A DNA stretch of 64,000 bases. Source: Vicugna vicugna. Its lineage: Eukaryota. Position numbers and translations under genes: made by a program. The notes beneath the pieces are model-generated. The model saw nothing but the letters and a program-made list of their open reading frames with translations. It did no database searches and had not been told where the DNA came from. The DNA is taken from the NCBI GenBank assembly GCA_013265495.1, contig MU058584.1:7034407-7098406 (forward strand), given 5' to 3'. Below, piece by piece: positions 63,750 through 64,000 of this stretch (the stretch's first letter is position 1; every line of letters starts with the position of its first letter).

Positions 63750-64000
63750 GTAAGCACGGAGAAATTCATGGAGTTTCTTTGAGAATTTAAGGTCATGGTT
63801 TAAATATATGCATAAAATAAAATGCATGTTTTTACCACCCTCTAGGAAATGTCAAAGCTCAGTGTACTTATGTTTTATCTGCTCACTTTTAATGTGGGTT
63901 TTACCTAATAACCTATATACCTAATAAAGAATTCGTATATTTTTAGGAAGAAGTAGATTTACACGGTCTCTTAGACTTTTCAGCCACAAATTTGGCTCTG

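Overview
This is mammalian nuclear genomic DNA, very probably camelid (alpaca, vicuna or camel), judging by about ten young tRNA-Ala(AGC)-derived vic-1-type SINEs. The whole window lies inside one + strand gene, PRRC2C (BAT2L2/BAT2D1). It starts in intron 1, the start codon is at 10551, and 30 coding exons (exons 2-31, numbered by analogy to human, about 2,680 codons) can be traced by hand with GT-AG borders and continuous phase up to 63749. Exon 1 and the last exons lie outside the window. A 115-N assembly gap sits in exon 19 inside a 21-bp coding minisatellite. Introns carry L1, L2, MIR, MLT1 and MER21 LTRs, hAT and Tigger DNA-transposon relics and microsatellites. Most ORF-track entries are exon fragments or spurious. 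There is no prokaryote-style system here. The best leads are regulatory: an out-of-frame uORF overlapping the start codon of a gene whose product promotes leaky scanning, candidate poison exons and cryptic splice sites, in-frame alternative splice sites, inverted SINE pairs, a perfect 15-bp hairpin and a C/D-box-like intronic RNA candidate. All of these were found by eye and need the checks listed.
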